Shown: in pieces, positions 1-7,640 of the stretch
Layout: each line of letters begins with the position of its first letter
Numbering within the stretch: the stretch's first letter is position 1
Source: Candidatus Melainabacteria bacterium
GTDB taxonomy: Bacteria; Actinomycetota; Actinomycetes; Mycobacteriales; Pseudonocardiaceae
Assembly: GCA_963818685.1 (NCBI GenBank)
Contig: CAWFTJ010000004.1
Location: 649,304 to 713,303 of the forward strand
Length of the DNA stretch: 64,000 bases
Reading direction: 5' to 3'
Translations under genes and position numbers: made by a program
Notes under the pieces: generated by a model
Seen by the model: only the letters and a program-made list of their open reading frames with translations
What the model was told of the DNA's origin: nothing
The model's database searches: none

Positions 1-509
1 AGGTCGCAGTGCTCGTCGTCGGGACGCACGCGCATCACGTCGAGCAGCGCCGTCCACGAACTGCGGCCCGGTTCCAGGGCGGCGATGAAGGAGTAGGGCC
101 AGCCGGGGATCATCTGGGCCTGGCCCTTGCCGCGCCCGTAGGTGTGGCAGAACAGCCGCTCGGGGCTGGTGTTGGCGTCGGGTCGTAGCCAGTGGCTGAC
201 GTCGATGGCCAACACGATCCGACCGTCATCACAGCGGGGAATGCTCTGGCGGGCAACAACGTTGCGGAATCGGCTGATGTCGATGCGGCCCTGGTTGAGG
301 CTGTCGTACAGACTGCCGTGACCGCGCCGATGCTCGGGTTCCAGCGATAACTCGACCAGTGAGGTGACCGGCCCGTCGGCGCACAACGCGGCGTCGGTCA
401 ACTCGAACAGGGTGTCCGCGCGGGCGGTCAGGCACTGGTAGTACGCCTCACGGAACCGGGAAAGGTCCCCCAGCGCGGCAGCGGCGCTGGAATGGTGCAC
501 ACTGATCAT
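1..509 (-). CDS. IS701-family (IS4-like DDE) transposase, N-terminal ~169 aa; gene continues past the left edge
   Basis: My own minus-strand translation from ATG (509-507): MISVHHSSAAAALGDLSRFREAYYQCLTARADTLFELTDAALCADGPVTSLVELSLEPEHRRGHGSLYDSL...IVLAIDVSHWLRPDANTSPERLFCHTYGRGKGQAQMIPGWPYSFIAALEPGRSSW. This N-terminal pattern matches what I recall for actinobacterial IS701-family transposases. It is missing from the ORF track because it is open at the window edge. Confidence 0.7.
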   Translation of the reverse strand, partial: MISVHHSSAAAALGDLSRFREAYYQCLTARADTLFELTDAALCADGPVTSLVELSLEPEHRRGHGSLYDSLNQGRIDISRFRNVVARQSIPRCDDGRIVLAIDVSHWLRPDANTSPERLFCHTYGRGKGQAQMIPGWPYSFIAALEPGRSSWTALLDVMRVRPDDEHCD

Positions 510-570
510 CGAAGCCCTTGGTTGTGATCTTCCGTCTGTCGCAAGAAGGAATGATCAACCAAGGGCTTCG
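510..570 (-). promoter_or_regulatory. Long hairpin immediately upstream of the transposase start codon (possible RBS sequestration)
   Basis: Perfect 15-bp arms: cgaagcccttggttg (510-524) and caaccaagggcttcg (556-570). The pairing extends imperfectly inward (atc/gat, ttcc/ggaa). On the minus strand the arm abuts the ATG and contains the only purine-rich RBS-like stretch (aaggg). Confidence 0.4.
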
Positions 571-726
571 TCCATGATCAATCGGGGTCCCGATCGGCCG
601 CCCGGACCTCAAAACTCAAGCTAAGCGCTCGGCCGAAATCGTAAAAGCCAGCAAAGAGACTGTATAACTATGTAGCAATATTCGAATTTAGTCAACATTT
701 ACCTACGAAACTGATTGCGGTACCTT

Positions 727-1929
727 CTAGTAGTGGAGCAGGTTACTCTCGTGCGCAACCGGAAGGGTTGCCGCCTTCCGGCCAACCTCAGCCCACTCAT
801 CGTTAATAGCTGCGCGAAAACTCTTGGCAACCTGCATAAAGTGGTGCACCGGGCAAGAGTGATCTGGGGATTCTGTGCACTTACAAAAAGGGTCAAACAG
901 CATAAGCCTAGTACTTATAAGATGTAGTCGTAGGTCTCGGCCCTCATCGTGAAACGAAGGACTTATCATATCGTTCTGCTGTAGCCCGTAGTCATCAACT
1001 ATCCACTTTCCATCTTCTTCAGGGAAGGAAAAAATTTGCCTAAACCAGGCTATGCATTCCTCCAGCAGGTCTCGATATCCCGGGGGCGGACATTCGCGCT
1101 CGCTAGCGACGAAAGCTTCTTCGTGAATGAGACGCCAAACTCGTGCGACTGAAAAAAGGGCATCGTCTACAAACTTGTTTCCGAGGTGGTCAATAACATG
1201 TGAGAACGGTAGGCGAACGTCCTGGCGCTGCATTGTTGTGTGAAACTGGAAATAAGACTCCATAAATGAGGTAATTGACCCCAGGTACCCATCAAGCATA
1301 AACAGCCAAACGAAGTTGTTCTTCCATTGCCAGTAGATACCGTCAGCGGCTACTTCTGTGTAATAGGTGCGAAGTTCTTCCTCCAATCGTGTTGGCCCAG
1401 AATTCTGCTCCCAATCTAGAAAAGCCCCAACAAGCAGTGGGAGTAGCTCACGCTCGTATATCCTTCTTCTAAAATTTTCTGGCCCCACTTCGGCATGATG
1501 TCCGGGGACGTGATTACGAATATGTTCATTGTAATGATGGCGTGCGCTCTCTCTACGCTCACTTGCGCTACTTGTTCTAGTCTGGTAAGTCGCTCCGAAC
1601 AGCAAGGCTAAGACCTCCGCATAGGGTTTTCGCAAGTCGGGGTGCCCCGGAGTGCCTATATGAGGTATCCGACGAATGGCTTGACGAATCGCGATTTGCA
1701 GAGTGCGAAAGTCGTGATTTATCGACAGGAGCTTGTTGTTGGCGACATAGGAGCTGATATCCAGTACATTCTTCAGAGTCGGCAAGACCTTCAGTTTGGC
1801 CAAACTGGTACGGCCACTATCAGCGGCGACGGCACGTAAGTCCTTATCTAGGGCTTTTTCCAACTCAGTGCGATACACCCCTAGACCGGCACTGTCCTGA
1901 TCTTGTCCGGGGCCGTCCTCGGTGACCAC
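727..1929 (-). CDS. Hypothetical protein (400 aa), AT-rich orphan with no recognised domain
   Basis: Uninterrupted 400-codon ORF in a stretch of roughly 45% GC (counted on a few 60-nt lines), where a long chance ORF is unlikely. His-rich segment RHHYNEHIRNHVPGHH and C-terminal CKCTESPDHSCPVHH. No family assignment possible by eye. Confidence 0.7.
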   Translation of the reverse strand: MVTEDGPGQDQDSAGLGVYRTELEKALDKDLRAVAADSGRTSLAKLKVLPTLKNVLDISSYVANNKLLSINHDFRTLQIAIRQAIRRIPHIGTPGHPDLRKPYAEVLALLFGATYQTRTSSASERRESARHHYNEHIRNHVPGHHAEVGPENFRRRIYERELLPLLVGAFLDWEQNSGPTRLEEELRTYYTEVAADGIYWQWKNNFVWLFMLDGYLGSITSFMESYFQFHTTMQRQDVRLPFSHVIDHLGNKFVDDALFSVARVWRLIHEEAFVASERECPPPGYRDLLEECIAWFRQIFSFPEEDGKWIVDDYGLQQNDMISPSFHDEGRDLRLHLISTRLMLFDPFCKCTESPDHSCPVHHFMQVAKSFRAAINDEWAEVGRKAATLPVAHESNLLHY

Positions 1930-2109
1930 TTGATTGTCCTCCTCGCTGGCTGTGAAGTCGGATGTGGTCCCCAGTGTATGCGCTGCAAGATCATTAAGCG
2001 GGCTCTGGGGACGTTAGCAGACAGGTCTCAAGAAAGGATCAGTACGGGCAGCACTGAACCGGACGATTCCGTGATGTCCACCCGGTCCCGTTCAAAGGAG
2101 GTGTTCTCT

Positions 2110-2883
2110 ATGCCCCAAGAACTCCAGGATGACATAGCGTCCACTGACTCTCCTACAGATGCCCATCGGGGGACGCTCGCGCTGCTCCACCGTGTCATCG
2201 TGGCGGCGGCCGCTCGGCGTCAAGATCAACTCCCTGGTCTTGTCGAGACTCTTCAAGACGACGTGGTCCTCACGACGGGCGGGACATCGCGCCCAGCTTA
2301 CGGCTGGTTCGCGGAAGATGCCTGGCGCTACGGCGACCGTCATGTTCACGAACTGTTCCTCAACGCAGATCGATCGCTACCGCACCCATCGGTGAGCACG
2401 GCCGAAGACGTATTGGTGACCTTGCTCCATGAGGCCTGTCACGTGTGGGCCAAGCTCACCGGCGTGCGGGATACGTCGCGTGAGAATCGGTATCACAATC
2501 GACGGTTCGCCGAGATTGCGCTGGCGATCGGGTTGGCCGTGGAGAAAGACGCGACTATCGGCCACCGCACCCCGGCCTTATCACCATGGGCGCGGGCCGA
2601 CTACGCCGATCTACTCGGCGAGTTGGAGCGCGGCCTGGTGCTGGCGCGCGAGCCCAAACTCACCACGCTCGGCGCCGGTGGGTCTGACACGGATGACGAA
2701 AGTGACGAGGACTGCGACCCGACTGGGTCGTCGGGAACCGTCACGTCGAGCAATTATGTCTTCGCCTCATGCGGTTGTCAGGATGCCCGTCATCACCCGA
2801 TAACAATTCGGGTGGCTAAGGGGTCCTGGCGACCGGGAGTTATCTGCTGCGCGGTCTGTCAGACGCCGTTCTCGGAGTCTTGA
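2110..2883 (+). CDS. SprT-like zinc metalloprotease domain protein with C-terminal Cys-rich ribbon
   Basis: HExxH motif LLHEACHVWA followed by NRYHNRRF. Acidic linker DTDDESDEDCD. C-terminal CGC...CCAVCQ. Start chosen at ATG 2110 behind AAGGAG (2095-2100); ATG 2074 is an alternative. The ORF-track start at 1903 overlaps the divergent gene. Confidence 0.7.
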   Translation: MPQELQDDIASTDSPTDAHRGTLALLHRVIVAAAARRQDQLPGLVETLQDDVVLTTGGTSRPAYGWFAEDAWRYGDRHVHELFLNADRSLPHPSVSTAEDVLVTLLHEACHVWAKLTGVRDTSRENRYHNRRFAEIALAIGLAVEKDATIGHRTPALSPWARADYADLLGELERGLVLAREPKLTTLGAGGSDTDDESDEDCDPTGSSGTVTSSNYVFASCGCQDARHHPITIRVAKGSWRPGVICCAVCQTPFSES

Positions 2884-2986
2884 CCGGCCGCTGTCAAACG
2901 ATCCGCGGTGACCGTTGCGTTGGTTGCCGACCTCAACCCGGTCAGAAACAAAGTCGCTTATTAGTCGAACTGAAGGAGCAGCGAAG

Positions 2987-3373
2987 ATGCAGGAACGAGA
3001 GCAAGCCAAGCAGATCTTCGAGGGCCAGTGGGTGCGGCCTGGTGGACTGGACCGACGCCACGAGACGGTGGTGCGGGCTCAACCGGCCACGGCCGCCACC
3101 CTGAAGGGCGAGATGGACGCCCGATTCCGGGTGCAGTCTCGGCAGATGGGTGGCGACGAGATCACGACCGGCCGTATCCACGCACTCGCGGTTCACAACG
3201 CTCTGATCAACCAGTACGACGCCGACCCGTGGGCGAAGATTCTGATGCAAGAAGCGGTCGAAGACAACCATCGGGAAGCGCGGGAACTGCACCGGTACTA
3301 CATGCGCCAGGGCACGGCGACGCAGGAGGAAACCATCACGACGCAGCAAACCCGGCAGCAACGGTCGTACTGA
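2987..3373 (+). CDS. Hypothetical protein (128 aa)
   Basis: ORF 2915..3373. ATG 2987 is preceded by GAAGGAG. Its stop lies 1 nt before the next ATG (3375). No recognisable motif. Confidence 0.55.
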   Translation: MQEREQAKQIFEGQWVRPGGLDRRHETVVRAQPATAATLKGEMDARFRVQSRQMGGDEITTGRIHALAVHNALINQYDADPWAKILMQEAVEDNHREARELHRYYMRQGTATQEETITTQQTRQQRSY

Positions 3374-3374
3374 C

Positions 3375-3698
3375 ATGCATACGTTGTTGACAGTTCTTGC
3401 CTATATCGGTGGGACGGCCGGGTTGCTGGTGCTAGCGGTGTTCTTCTGCTTTCTTCTGGACGCGCCGACCGTCGGCGGTCAAGCGGAGCGACGCCAGCCA
3501 AGGTCCCGCGAAGCTCCGGTAACCGCAACCAGAACCCGTCCCGCACCACCTCGGGTTGTGTCGCCACCCCCGCCTGATCCAGATGCGCAAGCGGCTTGGG
3601 ATTATCAGCGGCTCGTCGACGAATACCAAGCCGGGGTGCGCGACGTGTACGACCTTGGCGACGACCTACTTCAAGACAGGACAGATCGTCATGAGTGA
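3375..3698 (+). CDS. Small membrane protein (107 aa)
   Basis: N-terminal hydrophobic helix LLTVLAYIGGTAGLLVLAVFFCFLL followed by a Pro/Arg-rich tail. Tightly packed in a co-directional gene chain. Confidence 0.55.
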   Translation: MHTLLTVLAYIGGTAGLLVLAVFFCFLLDAPTVGGQAERRQPRSREAPVTATRTRPAPPRVVSPPPPDPDAQAAWDYQRLVDEYQAGVRDVYDLGDDLLQDRTDRHE

Positions 3699-3777
3699 GT
3701 ATGGCGAGCTCGAAAACCTCAGCCCGCATCGTGTTGACGGTGCCTTGATCGGTGTCGCAGGTGCAAACCGGCCATGA
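3691..3777 (+). CDS. Possible micro-ORF (28 aa)
   Basis: ATG 3691 overlaps the preceding stop (ATGAGTGA). Its own stop overlaps the next ATG (ATGA at 3774). The call rests on this coupling geometry only. Confidence 0.3.
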   Translation: MSEYGELENLSPHRVDGALIGVAGANRP

Positions 3778-4007
3778 TTAAACTCCTGTTTACCTCATAT
3801 AAGGTCGTGCGCAAGCTCACAGACGGCAAGCACACGTCGCCCGGCTTGACCGCAATCAGCCGCCTGACCCTGGTGTGCCTGGTCTTGGCTTTTGGTGGCC
3901 CGATTCTCTGGCACGCGCTCGTAACCATGCCCGGTGGCCTGGTAGTCCTCATATTGCTGGGCTTGGCGCTGAGACTAGCTCTCTGGTTCTGGCGCCGTCG
4001 CCGGTAA
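3774..4007 (+). CDS. Small two-helix membrane protein (77 aa)
   Basis: Hydrophobic segments LTLVCLVLAFGGPILWHALV and GGLVVLILLGLALRLALWFW, followed by RRRR. ATGA overlap with the upstream micro-ORF. Confidence 0.55.
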   Translation: MIKLLFTSYKVVRKLTDGKHTSPGLTAISRLTLVCLVLAFGGPILWHALVTMPGGLVVLILLGLALRLALWFWRRRR

Positions 4008-4050
4008 TCAGTCGCTCTCCTTGCCGAATTAAACGTACCCGTTATGAGTC

Positions 4051-4272
4051 ATGCTCAAAACCGGAAGGAGCTCGAATGAATTGCCCAGACATACCCGAAC
4101 CAAATTGGCCCGCCGCGCGGAGGCGCATGAACGTCGTCTGCGCGAACGGTCGCTCCAGCTTCTAGCCATCACGTTGCACCGGCAGTGGCGGGAGCGGCAG
4201 GCTGGGGACAGCCTGGACGTCTCCAGCGCCCTCCCGTCTGCGGCGACCGGGGAAGGTGATGCCGCGCAATGA
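4051..4272 (+). CDS. Hypothetical Arg-rich protein (up to 73 aa; in-frame TTG 4081 is an alternative start)
   Basis: Its stop overlaps the MT-A70 start (ATGA at 4269-4272). The third-codon-position GC is high in the 3' two thirds. GGAAGGAG at 4064-4071 would serve TTG 4081. Confidence 0.45.
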   Translation: MLKTGRSSNELPRHTRTKLARRAEAHERRLRERSLQLLAITLHRQWRERQAGDSLDVSSALPSAATGEGDAAQ

Positions 4273-4793
4273 CCACCCCGTCATATCAGACCATCCTGGC
4301 GGACCCGCCGTGGCGGATCAATCAACTGGGTTTGCGGGGAGCGCAGCGCCATTATCCCCTCATGACGACGCGGGCCATCTGTGCGTTGCCGGTGGCGACG
4401 CTCGCCGCCCCGGACGCGCACTTGTGGCTGTGGGTCACAAACAGCACGCTCGCGGTAGGCCACGAGGTTATGACGGCCTGGGGCTTCTCGTACCGAAGCT
4501 GCTTGACCTGGATCAAGCCGCGGTTGGGGCTCGGCGTCTACTTGCGGAACCAGACCGAGCACCTATTGCTCGGCGTCCGGGGCCGAGCCCCCATCCAGTT
4601 CCGGGCACAAGGCTCGTGGTTCTACGCGCCCGTGCAGGACCACAGCCACAAACCGGAAGAGCAGTACGCCATCATCGAGCGCTGCAGCCTGGGACCGTAC
4701 CTGGAGCTGTTCGCCAGGCGGCGGCAACCCGGCTGGGACGTGTGGGGCAATGAGGTAGGTAGCGACGTCGTCCTGCCACCGGGCCACGCGTAG
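4269..4793 (+). CDS. MT-A70 family DNA N6-adenine methyltransferase (orphan)
   Basis: Motif ILADPPW (DPPW catalytic motif) near the N-terminus. Size and the remaining pattern (HLWLWVTN, ...KPEE.Y..IE) are typical of MT-A70/phage-plasmid Dam-like enzymes. Confidence 0.85.
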   Translation: MTTPSYQTILADPPWRINQLGLRGAQRHYPLMTTRAICALPVATLAAPDAHLWLWVTNSTLAVGHEVMTAWGFSYRSCLTWIKPRLGLGVYLRNQTEHLLLGVRGRAPIQFRAQGSWFYAPVQDHSHKPEEQYAIIERCSLGPYLELFARRRQPGWDVWGNEVGSDVVLPPGHA

Positions 4794-5056
4794 GTCGGTT
4801 GCGCCAGTTAACCCGGAATGTCTTGGCGGCGCATTTCATTGCGCTTGCCTGTGATGAGTTCCAGGCGTCGTCGGGTGAGTGTTCGGTCTTTATTCGGTAA
4901 TTTGCCTACAGAACCAGCCTGTACCGACCCGCTATAACTAGAACAAGACGAGCAATTCGCGGCCTCATGGAGGCACATTCTCGGGCTCGTCTTTCTTGTT
5001 GTCAAAATCCCGAGGTCGCAGACCTCAAAGCTAATGAGATCAGAGGGGGTGCATGT

Positions 5057-5230
5057 ATGGGCCGACGAATCAGAGTACGACCGATTATGAAGGAGGAGCC
5101 GAACGTCGGCCTGTACGTGCAGGCCCTGATCGCCTTGGCGCGGCAGCTCCAGACAGAGGAGGGCCAACGCGGGACGACCGAGCCACCGGAGCCCGCCGAG
5201 GGGAAGGAGGCTGACCATGCAGGCGATTGA
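5057..5230 (+). CDS. Small hypothetical protein (57 aa) overlapping the coupling-protein start
   Basis: ATG 5057 lies behind GAGGGGG. The ORF ends 14 nt inside the next gene and carries that gene's RBS (GGAAGGAGG). Confidence 0.4.
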   Translation: MGRRIRVRPIMKEEPNVGLYVQALIALARQLQTEEGQRGTTEPPEPAEGKEADHAGD

Positions 5231-7505
5231 ACTGTTCGTTCTGCTCATGGCGATCGGCGTTCTCCCCGCGGTGGGGGTACTGCTCATGCGCCAGAGCAGC
5301 CGGCACACCTGGCAACAGGAATTGGTGGCCTACCTGCTCCAGTTCCCCCGCGGTTTGGACCCCGGCGCGGTCATTGCCTTCTTGAGCGGCCTGTCGGGGA
5401 TCGCGGCACCGCGCCACGAGCGGCCGTTTGTGACGCGCGCTGTGGTGTTCGAGACCAGTGCGACGCCAGCCGGTATCGCACACCACCTCATCGTGCCGCG
5501 ACCGCTGGCCCATGTCGCCCTGTCGGCGCTGCGGGCGGCGCTGCCCGCCGTCAGCGCCCGGTTGGATGAGGACTACCAGATTCCGCACCCGACGCTGGCC
5601 GCCGAGCTGGGCACGAGTGACCATGGCCGAAGCCTCGCCACCAGCCGGGCGGGGGTCGTCTCCAGTGCTGTCTTGGCCAGTTTGCAGCCCCTCGGGATCG
5701 GTGAACGGCTGGTTGTGCAGTGGTCGCTTTCGCCGCTCGGGCCAGTGTCGGTGCCATCTGGGATTCGGCCCCGACCGGCGGCGCTGAGCTTCTGGGAAGC
5801 GCTCAGCGGCCAGACTAGCCGCCGCCCGGTTGACGCAGAGGTCGTGAAGGCTGCGCGGGTCAAGCAGGAGAGCCCGTTGTTTGCCGGAACCTTGCGGGTG
5901 GGGGTGGTAGCCCGCGCGTCGCGGGAACGATCGCTGCTGCTGCGGGTGCTGGCCGCCTTCCACACTGCCAACGCTCCCGGTGCCCACCTGCATCGACTCG
6001 CCCGATCAAGTGGGCGGGTCGGCCATATGCTGACCGGGCGGCGCTTGCCGCTCCTGACCTGGCCCTGCACGGTCAACGCGGCCGAGCTAGCCGGTCTGCT
6101 CGGGTTCCCCCTTGCCACCGTCGCCTTGCCGGGTCTGTCGCTGGGTGGCGCCCGACAGTTGGCCCCGGCGGCCGATATTCTCACCACCGGCCGCGTCGTA
6201 GCTGAAGCGACCTTTCCCGGTGCCGAGCGCCCGCTGGGCCTGTCCGTCGCCGACTCCCTCCGGCACCTGCACGTGCTCGGTCCGACCGGCGCCGGGAAGT
6301 CCACCCTCATGATCAACCTCATCACGCAAGACATGGCCGCTGGTCGCGGTGTCGTGGTGCTTGATCCCAAGGGCGATTTGGTGGCCGACGTCATCGACCG
6401 GGTGCCAGCTCACCGCCTGAATGACGTTTGCATCCTCGACCCGGCCGACGAGGCACGCCCGGTCGGCTTGAACCTGCTGGCCGGGGGCGGCCTGGACCGG
6501 GAACTCGTCACCGAACACGTCGTCGGTCTGCTGCACAACCTGTACCACGCCAACTGGGGACCACGCACCGACGATATTTTGCGGTCCGCGCTACTCACCC
6601 TAGTGGGCGTACCCGGAATGACCTTGGTCGAAGTGCCGCTCCTCCTCACCGATGCTGGCTTCAGGCGGCGGCTGGTCGGGCGGGTCAATGACCCCATCGC
6701 GCTTGGTCCGTTCTGGGCGGCTTACGAAGCTATGAGTGATGGTGAACGCGCTCAGGCCATTGGCCCGGTGATGAATAAGCTCCGGGCGCTGATCCTACGG
6801 CGGCGGCTGCGAAACGTTATCGGGCAAGCCAACCCGCGCCTCGACCTTGACCGGGCGTTGGCGCATAACAAGATTCTGCTCGTGCCGCTGGCGAAAGGTG
6901 TGCTGGGCGACGAGGCAGCGTCGCTTATTGGTTCCTTGGTCATCGCCAAGGTCTGGCAGGCGGTGCAGCGACGGGCCGCCGTTCCCCAAGCGCAGCGACC
7001 AATTACGTTCGCGTTCATTGACGAGTTCCAGGACTATCTCAAGCTTCCGATGAGCGTGGCCGACATTTTGGCCCAGGCCAGGGGACTTGGCCTCGGATTG
7101 ACGCTAGCCCACCAACACCTCGATCAACTACCAACTGCCCTGCAAAACGCCGTGCTGGCGAACGCCCGCAGCCGCATCATCTTCCAGGTGGCGGCAGGGG
7201 ATGCGCGAGTCTTGAGCCGGGAACTGGCGCCGCACCTATCAGCCGAAGACCTCCAGGGACTCGCCGCCTATGAAGTCGTCGTCACGCTGTCGGCGGGGGC
7301 GCGCATTGCGCCACCGGTCACCGGCCGCACGTTGCTCCCGCCAGCTTCGACCGGCTTGGCCGAGGAAGCGCGGAAGCGCTCCCGCGAACGCTACGGCCGC
7401 GACCGAGCGGAGGTGGAAGCCGCCATCCTCGCCCGCCATGAAGGCCGGCGACCTTCGGGCGGCGTCGGTCGGCGGGAGGTGCAGTCAGACAGCTCAGCCC
7501 CTTGA
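5217..7505 (+). CDS. TraD/TraG/VirD4-like type IV coupling protein (P-loop ATPase)
   Basis: N-terminal TM helix IELFVLLMAIGVLPAVGVLLM. Walker A LGPTGAGKST. Walker B FAFIDEFQDY, then LTLAHQHL and SRIIFQV, typical of the TrwB/TraD C-terminal region. Confidence 0.8.
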   Translation: MQAIELFVLLMAIGVLPAVGVLLMRQSSRHTWQQELVAYLLQFPRGLDPGAVIAFLSGLSGIAAPRHERPFVTRAVVFETSATPAGIAHHLIVPRPLAHVALSALRAALPAVSARLDEDYQIPHPTLAAELGTSDHGRSLATSRAGVVSSAVLASLQPLGIGERLVVQWSLSPLGPVSVPSGIRPRPAALSFWEALSGQTSRRPVDAEVVKAARVKQESPLFAGTLRVGVVARASRERSLLLRVLAAFHTANAPGAHLHRLARSSGRVGHMLTGRRLPLLTWPCTVNAAELAGLLGFPLATVALPGLSLGGARQLAPAADILTTGRVVAEATFPGAERPLGLSVADSLRHLHVLGPTGAGKSTLMINLITQDMAAGRGVVVLDPKGDLVADVIDRVPAHRLNDVCILDPADEARPVGLNLLAGGGLDRELVTEHVVGLLHNLYHANWGPRTDDILRSALLTLVGVPGMTLVEVPLLLTDAGFRRRLVGRVNDPIALGPFWAAYEAMSDGERAQAIGPVMNKLRALILRRRLRNVIGQANPRLDLDRALAHNKILLVPLAKGVLGDEAASLIGSLVIAKVWQAVQRRAAVPQAQRPITFAFIDEFQDYLKLPMSVADILAQARGLGLGLTLAHQHLDQLPTALQNAVLANARSRIIFQVAAGDARVLSRELAPHLSAEDLQGLAAYEVVVTLSAGARIAPPVTGRTLLPPASTGLAEEARKRSRERYGRDRAEVEAAILARHEGRRPSGGVGRREVQSDSSAP

Positions 7506-7640
7506 TCTTATGACCTCCCCGTTTGGACTTCCGTTCGCTGCTCCCATCGCGTCGGCTAATGGCTCGCGTTTGCGCTGTTGGGAGTGGGTGCGGGCGTCAA
7601 ATCTGACGGTGAATAGTTGGCTCGTCATGAGGTACGCCTC

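Noticed and set aside
570-726. Search for a tRNA-Arg-derived direct repeat (attL) at the GC drop left of the element
   Set aside because: No match longer than a hexamer to the tRNA sequence (12223-12298) was seen by eye. Serine integrases would not create such a repeat anyway. The left boundary therefore remains undefined.
4808-5308. 166-aa minus-strand ORF in the AT-rich gap upstream of the coupling protein (considered as a possible excisionase or regulator)
   Set aside because: It has no RBS and no HTH-like motif. It overlaps the well-supported plus-strand small ORF and the T4CP start. Its composition is Ser/Cys/Leu-rich, as for non-coding AT-rich DNA. The region was kept as non-coding, with a possible oriT.
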